Assembly (NCBI GenBank): GCA_029932075.1 | Contig: JAOZQT010000013.1 | Span: 1 to 55,899, forward strand | Source of the DNA: Anaerolineae bacterium | GTDB taxonomy: Bacteria; Chloroflexota; Anaerolineae; 4572-78 | Direction of reading: 5' to 3' | Length of the DNA stretch: 55,899 nucleotides | In this document: piece by piece, positions 19,087 through 29,281 of the stretch | How the letters are laid out: every line of letters starts with the position of its first letter | Position numbering within the stretch: position 1 is the stretch's first letter | Position numbers and translations under genes: made by a program | The notes under the pieces: generated by a model | Seen by the model: the letters and a program-made list of their open reading frames with translations, nothing else | What the model was told of the DNA's origin: nothing | Database searches by the model: none

Positions 19087-19869
19087 TCATAAAATAACCT
19101 GTACTAATAGCATCAAACAAAACCCTATCACAAACGCCCATGCAATTTCTACCGGGCTTTTATCTTCAAGTGCTTCAGGGATGAGTTCCATGATTATCAA
19201 AAATATCATTGCCCCAGCGGCAAAACCTAAAAATGGGAGCATCAATGGTTTGAATAACCACACCAAAATACTTGCGGGAACGGCGGCAATTGGTTGAGGG
19301 AGGCTAGTGAGGAATGCCATGAAAAAGCAGTACATAATGCTTGCTCCTTTACTCCTCAAGGGAATAGAAATGGCTAATCCTTCGGGAATGTTATGGATGG
19401 CAATTGCCAGTGCGATATAATTCCCTAGATTTTCTGCACCAGCAATATGAGTTCCTGAAGCATAACCCACACCAACAGCAACACCTTCAGGGATACTGTG
19501 AAAGCTCATGGCAACGAAAATTAGAATTTCTGTTCGGTTGCCGATTTTGTTGAGGAATGAGTTTTCAAGTCGTTCGGGTGTTAAACTAACATTAACCGCC
19601 CATAAAAAAGCCGCCCCCAAAAGAATACCAATTAAAACAAGCGTTACTTGTTCAAAACTGGTATAGTCATTTTGCCCAAGTGTTAAGCCTGGTAAAATCA
19701 AGTTGTAAACGGAAGCAGAAAACATCAACCCACCAGCAAAACCATAACCCAAACCCATATTTTTTTGGATATTTAGTCGTTTTATCAGTAATGGGAATGC
19801 TCCGCATCCACAGGCGATACTTGCTAGAATGCCTGCAACCGTGGTTTCAACAAGAAAATCATATTTCAT
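19087..19869 (-). CDS. zupT: ZIP-family divalent metal (zinc) transporter ZupT
   Basis: Motifs HSIPEGVAVGVGY and AIAIHNIPEGLAIS. Start is ATG 19869 after RBS GAGGT. The track start 19935 is an unlikely upstream extension. Confidence 0.8.
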   Translation of the reverse strand: MKYDFLVETTVAGILASIACGCGAFPLLIKRLNIQKNMGLGYGFAGGLMFSASVYNLILPGLTLGQNDYTSFEQVTLVLIGILLGAAFLWAVNVSLTPERLENSFLNKIGNRTEILIFVAMSFHSIPEGVAVGVGYASGTHIAGAENLGNYIALAIAIHNIPEGLAISIPLRSKGASIMYCFFMAFLTSLPQPIAAVPASILVWLFKPLMLPFLGFAAGAMIFLIIMELIPEALEDKSPVEIAWAFVIGFCLMLLVQVIL

Positions 19870-19983
19870 AATTACCTCACTATTCGCATGGTAGTATAGC
19901 TGAATAGCATGATTTGGCAAATTTACAAAGCACAAAGCAAATTTGCTAAATCCTACAAAATATGTATTATGTAGAAAAGATGA

Positions 19984-20004
19984 ATATGAGTCCTTGACTC
20001 ATAT
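19984..20004. promoter_or_regulatory. Perfect 9-3-9 palindrome ATATGAGTC-CTT-GACTCATAT in the zupT/GT4 divergent promoter region (candidate operator)
   Basis: Seen directly in the sequence, ~115 bp upstream of the zupT start and ~75 bp upstream of the GT4 start. Confidence 0.3.
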
Positions 20005-20016
20005 AAGGTAATAGTC

Positions 20017-20049
20017 AAACAAGAAAGGTTTTTAAAACCTTTCTTATTT
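20017..20049. repeat. Family-D AT-rich palindromic element, copy D3
   Basis: ACAAGAAAGGTTTTTAAAACCTTTCTTAT has 13-bp arms. Related copies are at 22866-22899, 39470-39502, 395-425 (half) and 10365-10392 (half, inside a CDS). Confidence 0.55.
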
Positions 20050-20079
20050 TAACCATAATAGGTTCTAGTTAGACATACC

Positions 20080-21210
20080 ATGAAAATATTACATATCTAC
20101 AAAGATTACTACCCCATCAAAGGTGGAATTGAAAACATGCTAAAGTGGGTGGCAGAGGCTCAAGCTGAACTGGGGCATGATGTCACCGTGTTAGTTGCAA
20201 GCCTAAATCGTCAAGAACAGATTGACATGCAACAAGGTGTGCGAGTCCATAAAGTTCCCCGTTTGGCAACTGTTGCCTCCACCCCAATTACACCTACATT
20301 ACCATTTGCAATTCGTCGCTATAAGCCTGACATTGCCCATGTGCATAGCCCTTATCCGCCCGGTGAATTGTTCAATTATTTATTTGGCAGGGCAAAATTT
20401 TCGGTGATGACTTATCATTCTGATGTTGTTCGGCAACAAACTCTTTTGAAATTTTATAAGCCATTGTTCAAAAGGGTGCTTAATCGGATTGATGTTATCA
20501 TGCCTACCAGTGCCAACTATATCGAAAGTTCTTCGTTCATTCGCTCTCATAAGCATAAATGTCGGGTTGTGCCATTGGGCATTGATTTGTGTCGATTCGA
20601 TACGCCGCCTTCAGCATTGGCACAAACGCTTAAGGAAATACATGGCTCGCCGTTGGTGTTGTTTGTGGGGCGTTTGCGTTACTATAAAGGAATCGATACC
20701 TTAATTGATGCTATGTCGCATGTCAACAAAGGAAAGGCATTGATTGTTGGTGACGGACCCTTGCGTGCTGAATTAGAGGCACATGTTAATCGTCTTAATT
20801 TAAGTGGTCATGTTCATTTTGCGGGAGATGTGTCTAATGACGATTTGCCTGCTTATTTTCAGGCGGCAGATTGTTTTGTGTTGCCCTCCAATTCACGGGC
20901 GGAAGCCTTTGGCATTGTTTTGCTTGAGGCGATGGCATCAGGTTTGCCATGTATCAGTACTGAATTGGAAACAGGAACTTCATGGGTAGTGCAGGATGGG
21001 ATTACGGGCTTTGTTGTTCCTCCACAAAATTCATCGGAACTTGCTCAAGCAATTAACACCATGCTTGGTGACAATGTCCTTCGTCGAAAAATGGCTCAGG
21101 CAAGTTTAAAACGAGTGCATGCTAATTTTTCAAAAGAAAAAATGGTGAATAATATTATGCAAATTTACGAAGAATTACTGAAAGGAGTTTATTATGCGAA
21201 AAAAAATTAA
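20080..21210 (+). CDS. Glycosyltransferase family 4 (GT-B, 'group 1' glycosyltransferase)
   Basis: N-terminal MKILHIYKDYYPIKGGIENM, and a C-terminal GT1/GT4 core with the E-x7-E-like region (EAFGIVLLEAMASGLPCIST). Confidence 0.85.
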   Translation: MKILHIYKDYYPIKGGIENMLKWVAEAQAELGHDVTVLVASLNRQEQIDMQQGVRVHKVPRLATVASTPITPTLPFAIRRYKPDIAHVHSPYPPGELFNYLFGRAKFSVMTYHSDVVRQQTLLKFYKPLFKRVLNRIDVIMPTSANYIESSSFIRSHKHKCRVVPLGIDLCRFDTPPSALAQTLKEIHGSPLVLFVGRLRYYKGIDTLIDAMSHVNKGKALIVGDGPLRAELEAHVNRLNLSGHVHFAGDVSNDDLPAYFQAADCFVLPSNSRAEAFGIVLLEAMASGLPCISTELETGTSWVVQDGITGFVVPPQNSSELAQAINTMLGDNVLRRKMAQASLKRVHANFSKEKMVNNIMQIYEELLKGVYYAKKN

Positions 21211-21232
21211 CGATAATACAGGAGCAAGTCAA

Positions 21233-22855
21233 ATGAAACAAACTTATGATTTTGATTTTATTGTAATTGGTTCGGGCTTTGGTGGAAGCGTCTCCGCACA
21301 CCGTTTGACGGAGAAAGGCTATAAGGTTGGTGTCATAGAAAAAGGGAAACGATATCGCCCTAAGGATTTCCCGAAAACAAATTGGCACTTGAAAAAATTT
21401 CTCTGGTTTCCACAATTAAGCCTACATGGTTTTTTTCAAATGACTCTATTTAGTCATGTGTGGATTTTGACAGGAGTAGGCGTAGGTGGTGGTTCATTGG
21501 TCTATGCCTGTACTTCGTTACAACCTCCCGATACGATTTGGCATGACCACCGCTGGGCAAAATTAAATGATTGGGTAAATGTGATGCCCACATTTTTCGA
21601 CGAATCTCGACGAATGTTAGGCGTAAAAACTAACACCTATTTCGGCAGGGCTGATAAAATTTTACAAAAAGCTGCCGAAAATATCGGACGGGGAGATACC
21701 TATTATCCTACTGAAGTCGCCGTTTATTTTGGTGAAAATGGAAAAGTTGTTCCTGACCCATATTTTGATGGTGAGGGTCCCGCTCGCACAGGGTGTAAAC
21801 TTTGCGGCGGGTGCATGATTGGCTGTCGGAATGGGGCAAAAAATACATTGGATAGAAATTATCTCTACCTTGCCGAAAAGCATGGAACTAAGATTATTCC
21901 TGAAACGAGAGTGGTTAGTATTAAACCGCTCAATGGCTCAACTGATGGCAGTGATGGCTACGAAATTCATACCGTTAGTTCTACTCGGCTTTTTGGAAAA
22001 GAACGAAAAGTTTATCGTTCACGAGGAGTTGTCTTTTCAGGTGGTGTATTAGGGACAGTCAAATTAATGCTTGACATGAAGGAAAACGGTTCCATGCCAT
22101 ATCTGAGTGACCAAGTGGGTGAGTATGTCCGCACCAATTCTGAATCAATCATCGGGATACAAATGGATGATGAAGGAATTGATGTTACTGATGGCATCGC
22201 CATTGGTTCGGGATTTTATTTGGATGACCATACTCATATTGAAGCGGTGCGTTATCCAAAAGGCTCTGATTCCATATCACTTGTCACGACATTGCTCACA
22301 GGTGGTAAACTTGGGTCTTCACGCATTTTGTCATGGCTGAAGGTGATAGCACTCAATCCGATTAAATTTTTAAGGACACTAATTCCATTTGATTTTGCTA
22401 AAACTAACGTGATGTTGTTAGTCATGCAAACTATTGATAATCATATAAGGATGCGGCTCAAAAAATCATGGTATTCCCCATTTACAAAAACATTAGAGAC
22501 AGTGGGAGCAAACATCCCAACTTATATTCCCCAAGCAAATCAATTTGCTGAAAAAATGGGACATGACTTGAATGGCACCCCCAAAACATCCCTCGCAGAA
22601 ATATTTATGAATGTGCCCACCACAGCTCATATCTTAGGTGGGGCAATCATGGGAGCAAATCCGAATGAGGGTGTCACTGATAATAAGAGTCGTATCTTTA
22701 ATTATAAAAACATGTATGTTTGCGATGGGAGTATGATTGGAGCAAATTTGGGGGTCAATCCAAGTTTAACCATCACTGCCCTAAGCGAATATGTCATGGA
22801 TAATGTTCAATCGGCTGATGAAACCGATTGGAATGAAATAGGACAAACACTTTAA
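21233..22855 (+). CDS. GMC-family FAD-dependent oxidoreductase (cholesterol oxidase-like)
   Basis: Rossmann motif DFIVIGSGFGGSVSAHRLTEKGYKVGVIEKG near the N-terminus, and a GMC C-terminal region (HILGGAIMG). RBS GGAG is 8 nt before ATG 21233. An alternative in-frame ATG at 21194, also with an RBS, would overlap the GT4 stop by 17 nt. Confidence 0.75.
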   Translation: MKQTYDFDFIVIGSGFGGSVSAHRLTEKGYKVGVIEKGKRYRPKDFPKTNWHLKKFLWFPQLSLHGFFQMTLFSHVWILTGVGVGGGSLVYACTSLQPPDTIWHDHRWAKLNDWVNVMPTFFDESRRMLGVKTNTYFGRADKILQKAAENIGRGDTYYPTEVAVYFGENGKVVPDPYFDGEGPARTGCKLCGGCMIGCRNGAKNTLDRNYLYLAEKHGTKIIPETRVVSIKPLNGSTDGSDGYEIHTVSSTRLFGKERKVYRSRGVVFSGGVLGTVKLMLDMKENGSMPYLSDQVGEYVRTNSESIIGIQMDDEGIDVTDGIAIGSGFYLDDHTHIEAVRYPKGSDSISLVTTLLTGGKLGSSRILSWLKVIALNPIKFLRTLIPFDFAKTNVMLLVMQTIDNHIRMRLKKSWYSPFTKTLETVGANIPTYIPQANQFAEKMGHDLNGTPKTSLAEIFMNVPTTAHILGGAIMGANPNEGVTDNKSRIFNYKNMYVCDGSMIGANLGVNPSLTITALSEYVMDNVQSADETDWNEIGQTL

Positions 22856-22865
22856 TCACATAGTC

Positions 22866-22899
22866 AGACAAGAAAGGTTTTTAAAAACCTGTGTTGTCT
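22866..22899. repeat. Family-D palindromic element, copy D4, between the GMC stop and the ALDH RBS
   Basis: AGACAAGAAAGGTTTTTAAAAACCTGTGTTGTCT. Confidence 0.5.
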
Positions 22900-22916
22900 T
22901 TAAGAAAAGGAGAAAA

Positions 22917-24521
22917 ATGACAGATAAAAAAATACTTACCTGCATCAATCCCGCTACAGGGGAAAAATTTGATGAGATAACAATGGCGACAGCCGAAGAT
23001 GTCGCTACCGCATACAAAGACATGCGGCGGGCTAAAACGATATGGCAACAAAAATCGGTACATGAGCGGGTTCGCATCTTACGACAATTTCAATCGGTCA
23101 TGGTCGATGCCCTCGACGAAATTACTTCGGTTATCAACCAGGACTGTGGCAAAAGTCGGCAGGATGCACTTTTAGAAGTTTTCGTTACTCTCGATTTACT
23201 TCGAGAATATTGTAACCATGCCCCGAAATGGTTAGCACGAGAATATGTCCCATCGGGCTTACAATTTTTCAAGCGAGGCTATATTGAACATCGTCCTTAC
23301 GGTGTGGTTTTGATTATAGCTCCATGGAATTATCCTTTTAATTTAGCTTTAGCACCAGTGTTATCAGCCTTATTTGCGGGAAATACGGTTTTGCTCAAAT
23401 CATCAAAAACGACAGCCGCCACAGGTAAATTAATTGAATCGCTATTCAAACGTGTTCCCGAGTTGGAGCCGTTTATTCGGATAGTGCATGGCGATAGTTC
23501 GGTGGGAAGGATGTTAGTGAAGTCTGCCCCTGACCATATTTTTTTAACGGGGTCGGGTGCCACTGCCAGCAAAATTTTGCATGATGCGGCTGATAATTTA
23601 ACTCCTGTAACTTGTGAGCTCGGCGGCAAAGATGCCATGATTGTGCTTGATGATGCCGATGTAGAAAAAGCGGCAAAATGGGGCGTATGGGGAGCATTTT
23701 TCAATGCAGGACAAACTTGCATGTCAGTGGAACGGGTTTATGTACATGCGTCCATTTACGATGAATTTGTCTGGCATGTTGTGGCTGAAACTGAATCCAT
23801 CCAAATGGGCTATCATAAGGAAATGGTCAATTTTTGCCTTATTGGCTCCATGACCACATCTGAACAAGTCGACTTGGTCGAAGAACATTTAGCCGATGCT
23901 GTGGCGAAAGGTGCTAAAATTTTAGCGGGCGGCAGGCGACAAGACAATTTCTTTGAGCCGACGATTTTGGTTGATGTTGACCACACTATGAAGGTCATGC
24001 AAGAAGAGTCATTTGGTCCATTCATACCGATAATGAAAGTGTCTGATGAGGCTGAAGCAATTCGGCTGGCAAATGATAGTATTTATGGATTGAGTGCTAT
24101 CGTGTGGGGCAAAGATATTAAGCGAGCAGAACGAGTTGGGCATTATTTGGAAGCAGGTACTGTTATTATTAATGATGTCCTTGTTCATTTCGGGAATCCA
24201 CTGTTGCCTTTTGGTGGAGTCAAGGAATCAGGAAATGGTCGTTCACATGGTAGAGCGGGCTTACTTGGGTTTACGGAACCACATTCCTACATGATAGGTA
24301 ATCCACCTTATTCATTTGACATTGCTACGATGTTACGTGAACCCGGCCAATATCATGCTAATTCAGCCATTTTACATCTGATTTTCGGTACATCGCCCAA
24401 GCAAAAATTGAGACCAATTTTGAAAGATAAGGAAACTATCAGTAAGGCAGTAAAACTGACCATGCTTGGTACTACACTAGGAATTGGTTTTAAGTGGTTG
24501 TGGCATGTGATGAAAAGGTAA
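22917..24521 (+). CDS. NAD(P)+-dependent aldehyde dehydrogenase family protein with a ~60-aa C-terminal extension
   Basis: ALDH catalytic motifs ELGGKDAMIVLDDADVEKAA and FFNAGQTCMSVERVYVH (catalytic Cys). RBS AAAGGAG. Confidence 0.9.
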   Translation: MTDKKILTCINPATGEKFDEITMATAEDVATAYKDMRRAKTIWQQKSVHERVRILRQFQSVMVDALDEITSVINQDCGKSRQDALLEVFVTLDLLREYCNHAPKWLAREYVPSGLQFFKRGYIEHRPYGVVLIIAPWNYPFNLALAPVLSALFAGNTVLLKSSKTTAATGKLIESLFKRVPELEPFIRIVHGDSSVGRMLVKSAPDHIFLTGSGATASKILHDAADNLTPVTCELGGKDAMIVLDDADVEKAAKWGVWGAFFNAGQTCMSVERVYVHASIYDEFVWHVVAETESIQMGYHKEMVNFCLIGSMTTSEQVDLVEEHLADAVAKGAKILAGGRRQDNFFEPTILVDVDHTMKVMQEESFGPFIPIMKVSDEAEAIRLANDSIYGLSAIVWGKDIKRAERVGHYLEAGTVIINDVLVHFGNPLLPFGGVKESGNGRSHGRAGLLGFTEPHSYMIGNPPYSFDIATMLREPGQYHANSAILHLIFGTSPKQKLRPILKDKETISKAVKLTMLGTTLGIGFKWLWHVMKR

Positions 24522-24536
24522 ATGTGTTGGATGGGT

Positions 24537-24551
24537 AGACCTGTCAGGTCT
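24537..24551. terminator. 15-bp palindrome AGACCTGTCAGGTCT, 16 bp after the ALDH stop (possible terminator or iterated-palindrome copy)
   Basis: Seen in the sequence. No downstream U-run, so terminator function is uncertain. Confidence 0.25.
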
Positions 24552-24618
24552 GAATCCAATATGACTTATGAAAAATTCATAGATTTGTTGAAGGATAAAT
24601 ATAGAAAGGAAAACACAA

Positions 24619-25389
24619 ATGAAATTATCAGGCAAAATTGTAATACTGACAGGTGCCAGTCAAGGAATAGGTAAGGCAGCCGCTTATAAATTTGCTCAAG
24701 CTGGTTGTAAAGTGGCGTTGGTAGCTCGTTCGGCAAAGATGCTGACCGAAATTGTCAAGGATATAGGAGAGAACCATGCTCTAGCTATTCCTGCCGATGT
24801 CAGTCAAAAAGAAGATTGTAAAAAAATTGTTGAAAAAACAATAGAACACTACGGTAAAGTAGATGTGTTGATAAATAATGCTGGAGTGGGGCTTTATCAA
24901 CCAATGGAGTCTGTTTTGTTATCGGATATAAACACGGTAATGAACGTCAATTTTATAGGGGTGATTCAGTTAAGTCAAGCCGTTATTCCAAAGATGAGGA
25001 CACATGGCGGGGGACTGATTATTAATGTTGCCTCTATCATTGGTAAGCGAGGTTTTCCAAACATGGGTATTTACTGTGCTAGTAAAGCCGCCCTAGAACG
25101 AATGACCGAATCATGGCGGGTTGAGCAGGAGAAGGATAATATTCGTTTTAGCATGTGCTATCCTGGTATAACTCAAACTAATTTCCAGAAAAACACGTTG
25201 GGTATACCTCCTACCGACCAATTTAACCAGCTCGCAGGTGTTTCAGCTGAGCGTGTCGCATGGCAGATTGTTCAAACTGCTAGACGTGAATCTCGCGACG
25301 CTTATGTGACGTTATTTGATAAAATGTTTATTTTGGGAACGAAGCATGTTCCTCATTTATTCGATATGATTTTTCGGCGGTATTCGTAG
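24619..25389 (+). CDS. Short-chain dehydrogenase/reductase (SDR) family oxidoreductase
   Basis: TGASQGIGKAAA cofactor motif, NNAG, and a catalytic YxxxK (YCASK). Confidence 0.9.
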   Translation: MKLSGKIVILTGASQGIGKAAAYKFAQAGCKVALVARSAKMLTEIVKDIGENHALAIPADVSQKEDCKKIVEKTIEHYGKVDVLINNAGVGLYQPMESVLLSDINTVMNVNFIGVIQLSQAVIPKMRTHGGGLIINVASIIGKRGFPNMGIYCASKAALERMTESWRVEQEKDNIRFSMCYPGITQTNFQKNTLGIPPTDQFNQLAGVSAERVAWQIVQTARRESRDAYVTLFDKMFILGTKHVPHLFDMIFRRYS

Positions 25390-25446
25390 CCGCTCCCCCA
25401 TCTCTAACTAGTTGTAGGGGCGGCCATACGCCCTTACTATTAGGGT

Positions 25447-25617
25447 TGTTCAAAGCTTGCTTTGACATGAAAAAGCAAGCTTTTTCGCTCCATTGTGCGA
25501 CCACATGGTTGAAAATCATGTCGAAAAATATCCCAAGCCATGTTTTTTATTTAGCATTAAACAGCCCTACCACCTCTAACCCCTCCCTACATGGAGAGGG
25601 ATTAGGGGGCGTGGAGG
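25447..25617. repeat. Composite repeat block: family-A palindrome (copy A2, 5' end truncated), family-B motif, and family-C GC-rich palindrome (C3)
   Basis: 25447-25491 matches the A consensus. The shared flank AAATATCCCAAGCCATGTTTTTTATTTAGCATTAAACAGCCCT is as at 45497-45545. 25565-25617 is CCTACCACCTCTAACCCCTCCCTACATGGAGAGGGATTAGGGGGCGTGGAGG. The block lies between convergent genes. Confidence 0.6.
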
Positions 25618-25636
25618 TGAACTGTTTGGCTATGGA

Positions 25637-28600
25637 TTACTTCAAAATAATCGGCAAGTAAATATTTACTTCTGTGGATTTGCTCATCAAGGCAAATTCG
25701 CTCAGATGACATATCGGTGCTGTCAATTTATTATTGTCAGGGTCACGCACATAATCATCATTACATGCTTCAATGACCTCTTGCCACTGACTGTTATCTT
25801 CATCCCAATAGTACAAACCAAGCGTACTTTTATCAGTAATACCTGCTTCGTCTAAATCAGCATCACTATACTCAATGGTGATGTTGATTGGAGCCTCAAG
25901 TGATTGAGAAGCTGTCAATTGGAATGCATGTCCCGCAAAAGCAAAACCTGAAGTCCCGGCATCGGGCTCATTAGTTTGAGTATAAACAAAGGTAGTATCT
26001 TCACTTACTACATCTGCTCCCACATTAATTGTGGTTTCGAGATTATTCGTATCAGTGAAGGTTTGACTGCCCCCGCCAGGCTCAATAACAAATTCATTGG
26101 CAGGTGGTGGTTGTTCACTGCTAATAACAATAGCATGGGTCTTCGTTACTACTCCAAAACCATTATCCGCTGCAATTGTGATTATTTTCGTACCTACTGT
26201 ATTCCAAACCACGTTGGAAAGTTTGGCATCACGGGTGTTTAAGCTACCTGATAATGGTTCATCTTTGTCGGTTCGCTTAAATGTAAAGGTAATGGGTAAG
26301 GTAACGTTGGTCGGGTCAACTGTTGCCGTAAAGGTGTATGCTGTTCCAACTTGTCCCGTTGTGGGTCCGTTTATAGTTATGCTTGTAGGAGCCACATCTT
26401 GAGCAGTTTCTGCACTAATCAAATTGACTTTTGTACGACTCCCTAAACCTTGCCATGTAATATCCTCACCTGTCGTTAAATCAATCGGGCTGAAATCGGG
26501 GGGCAAAAACGCCTTAAAGGTAAGCGTATCTCCCGTCGTGGATCCTTCATCTGCTGTTGTTGTCGAATCATCGCCATAAGCATGCAAGAATCCATATTTA
26601 CCTGATTCGGTTAGGATAATATCACCGCTGTAATTTCCTTCAGAGTCATAAGTAGCGATAATCGAGCCAATCGGAGCCGCTTGGTCATTGATAGTCAATG
26701 TACCATAAAAATCTGCCCAAATATTAGTAATCTCAAATGGCATGGTGCTACTCAAATCTACCTTTTTGACAACCCCCCGTCCATCCCATGTAGAGTCGCC
26801 ACTCGTTATTTCAGCAGGGCGACCGTAGATGGTAAAACTGATATTGTCGCCAATTTCTGCACCTTCGTCAGTTGATGTACGGGCATCATCGCCATAGACA
26901 TGTAGAAGACCATATTCGCCCCCAAATGTGCCATGCGTGCTAAATGAACCAGCAACAATACCATCAGAGTCATAAGCAATTATTGTGGCATTACTTGGAA
27001 CAAGGTAACCACTGAATTTGGCGATGCCATGAAAATCAGCCCATTCAGTGGTAGGCATAAAAAAATCATTAGTTGCCAGCTTTTGAATTTGCATTGCCTG
27101 TGTTTCATGACGTTTTACCAAAGCAGTACTGTCATAAATCAGGGTAGCTGATTCATCCATTTTAATCCAATAACCAAAGCCAGGCTTCATTGTTTGCAAG
27201 TCACTTAAATCAGCATTATTTGGGTCATAAGTTAAACCACCATTTTCAAACCCTTGCACTAAAGTATATTTACCACTGATACTTTGTAAAGCAGTGCTGA
27301 CTGCCATTTCATCTTCAGGTAAAAAACTAACTAAGTTCCAACCTTCGTTCAAAATGATTTCGGTACTTGCTGGAACACTGACACCTTCAAAGCGTAAGAT
27401 TTGAGTAGTGTCAGCTGTGATATAAATCCAATAACCATCACGATTGTCAATCATGGTCAAGTCGCTGGCATCGGGATTAGCAGGGTCATAGGTCAACCCG
27501 CCGCCTGTCATGCCTGATGTGTATCCGAGAACCACATCATATTTGCCTTCAATGCTTTGCAACACATCGACAATAGCTAAACTCGGCGGCTCGATATTGA
27601 GAGAAAAGAGATTCCAGCCTGGTGTTAAGTTTAGTTTTAAGGGATGATATAGCTTTGATAGCGGGGTCGATGTTCCCACCAGATAACCTTCGATAGTATT
27701 TGTATCGGCTGTGGTACTACCCGTACGGATGCCTTGCCCATCAACTAGGGGAGTCGGGATGGTAGCAGTAAAATCACCATTTGCTGTAGCAGTAACGACA
27801 GCTACAAGTTGCAAAGCTTCTTGATGAGCGTCATCGTCATCAAGGAAAAGTTCAATGATACAATTGGGACATGGGCTGTTTTTGCCGTATGTGCCGACAA
27901 CTGTTGTGCCAGTAATGGCTGTAATCCTAGCAGGATTGAAATTTTTTAAAGGGTCACTATTTGAAATAGCAGGTCCTAAGCCAATCATATTTTCAAGTTC
28001 TGTTTCGGCAAGATTGCCTCGGATGGTGATTTGGTCAAACAACGGTGAACTATCGTTGACGAAAATTGCAGCATTACCTGAGCCGCTAGTAACAAGTGTG
28101 CCTTTGCTATTATAAATTTCATTATCTAGGATTTTAGTGCTATAGCCTGCAACTTGGATTCCCAAACCACATGTACCAATTTTATTGCCAGCAACATCTT
28201 TACCGATAATGTTATTAGCAATAAGATGATTGCTACCTAAAATGGTAATTGCTGGAGGGTGGGTTTCGGTAGGGCTTTGTGGACGATGTAATCCCGCAAT
28301 GATATTGTTAGTAATGGTGATATACGAACCATTGAGAATATCAATGCCCCAGCCACCATACCAATATTCACTCGGATTGGGGGTCGAGTCAGCAAAACAA
28401 TGAATACTAGTGTCATTGAAATTGTCGGGGACAGTACCATCAGCCCGCATGCCAACTTGGTTATTGTCAACAAGGTTATTATTCCCTTGCAAACGAATAG
28501 CGGACGGATTACCACCAGCAATGATATTATTGCGAACGGTATTTCCATCTGATAAAGCATGAATACCACCACCTGCAATGTTATTGCTATCAATGAACAC

Positions 28601-29281
28601 AATATCTGTGCCATCATTTGTCAACCCTGACCATATATTTTCGACGAGGTTATAGCCACCAATATTGCTAGATTTTTGCAACATGATGCTTCCCCCACCT
28701 TTGATGGCAATATTTTTAATGGTGTTCCTTTGACTAAACACCTGAAGACTGTAATTAGTGTTAAGGACAATTTTTGGACCCTTAGTGCGTCCACCAGTTT
28801 GAGTATCTCCATCAAGAGTTACAAAACCGTCATGGTCTTCCGCATTTAATGTAGCCGGTCCCAATTCGGGCAGGTCATTTTCAATCATAATCTCCCACAC
28901 ATCATTTGTGGAGTCATAATTTGAGTCAGATGTGTCAAGATTAAATTTAATCAAAATAGGACGGTCTGTAGCTGGTCTTGCTCCTGCCTCAAGCCATGCT
29001 CTCCGAAAACTACATGGTGATGTTCCATAATAAACACCTTCCGTGTAATGACATGTCCTAGTTATACTATCATCATCGGGGTCAGACGTTGTCGTGACTG
29101 TGATAATAGTTGTAAAATCGGTAGCAGAGGCATGAGCAAGTTTCATAGAATCAGCATGTGGTTCCTCGCTATCCGTTCCAACAGTGCCAAATGCTTTTTC
29201 AGGCATCTTAGCCATTACAATGCTGGCACTTATTAAAAGCACCAAAAGTGGTATCAGTAATCTGAACCAATATTTATACAT
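25637..29281 (-). CDS. Large secreted right-handed parallel beta-helix repeat protein with Ig/PKD-like and C-terminal domains (adhesin- or polysaccharide-lyase-like)
   Basis: N-terminal signal peptide. Many NxIxG/NNII beta-helix repeats (NNIIAGG..., NNQVG..., NNIIGKD...). PKD/Ig-like segment (ITINGPTTGQVGTAYTFTATVDP). Start is ATG 29281 after RBS AGAAGGAG. The track start 29293 is a GTG overlapping the RBS. Confidence 0.65.
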   Translation of the reverse strand: MYKYWFRLLIPLLVLLISASIVMAKMPEKAFGTVGTDSEEPHADSMKLAHASATDFTTIITVTTTSDPDDDSITRTCHYTEGVYYGTSPCSFRRAWLEAGARPATDRPILIKFNLDTSDSNYDSTNDVWEIMIENDLPELGPATLNAEDHDGFVTLDGDTQTGGRTKGPKIVLNTNYSLQVFSQRNTIKNIAIKGGGSIMLQKSSNIGGYNLVENIWSGLTNDGTDIVFIDSNNIAGGGIHALSDGNTVRNNIIAGGNPSAIRLQGNNNLVDNNQVGMRADGTVPDNFNDTSIHCFADSTPNPSEYWYGGWGIDILNGSYITITNNIIAGLHRPQSPTETHPPAITILGSNHLIANNIIGKDVAGNKIGTCGLGIQVAGYSTKILDNEIYNSKGTLVTSGSGNAAIFVNDSSPLFDQITIRGNLAETELENMIGLGPAISNSDPLKNFNPARITAITGTTVVGTYGKNSPCPNCIIELFLDDDDAHQEALQLVAVVTATANGDFTATIPTPLVDGQGIRTGSTTADTNTIEGYLVGTSTPLSKLYHPLKLNLTPGWNLFSLNIEPPSLAIVDVLQSIEGKYDVVLGYTSGMTGGGLTYDPANPDASDLTMIDNRDGYWIYITADTTQILRFEGVSVPASTEIILNEGWNLVSFLPEDEMAVSTALQSISGKYTLVQGFENGGLTYDPNNADLSDLQTMKPGFGYWIKMDESATLIYDSTALVKRHETQAMQIQKLATNDFFMPTTEWADFHGIAKFSGYLVPSNATIIAYDSDGIVAGSFSTHGTFGGEYGLLHVYGDDARTSTDEGAEIGDNISFTIYGRPAEITSGDSTWDGRGVVKKVDLSSTMPFEITNIWADFYGTLTINDQAAPIGSIIATYDSEGNYSGDIILTESGKYGFLHAYGDDSTTTADEGSTTGDTLTFKAFLPPDFSPIDLTTGEDITWQGLGSRTKVNLISAETAQDVAPTSITINGPTTGQVGTAYTFTATVDPTNVTLPITFTFKRTDKDEPLSGSLNTRDAKLSNVVWNTVGTKIITIAADNGFGVVTKTHAIVISSEQPPPANEFVIEPGGGSQTFTDTNNLETTINVGADVVSEDTTFVYTQTNEPDAGTSGFAFAGHAFQLTASQSLEAPINITIEYSDADLDEAGITDKSTLGLYYWDEDNSQWQEVIEACNDDYVRDPDNNKLTAPICHLSEFALMSKSTEVNIYLPIILK

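Noticed and set aside
21194-21232. Longer N-terminus for the GMC oxidoreductase (start at 21194)
   Set aside because: Both 21194 and 21233 have plausible RBSs. 21233 was preferred because it places the Rossmann DFIVIGSG motif at the usual distance from the N-terminus and avoids overlap with the GT4 gene. The choice remains uncertain.
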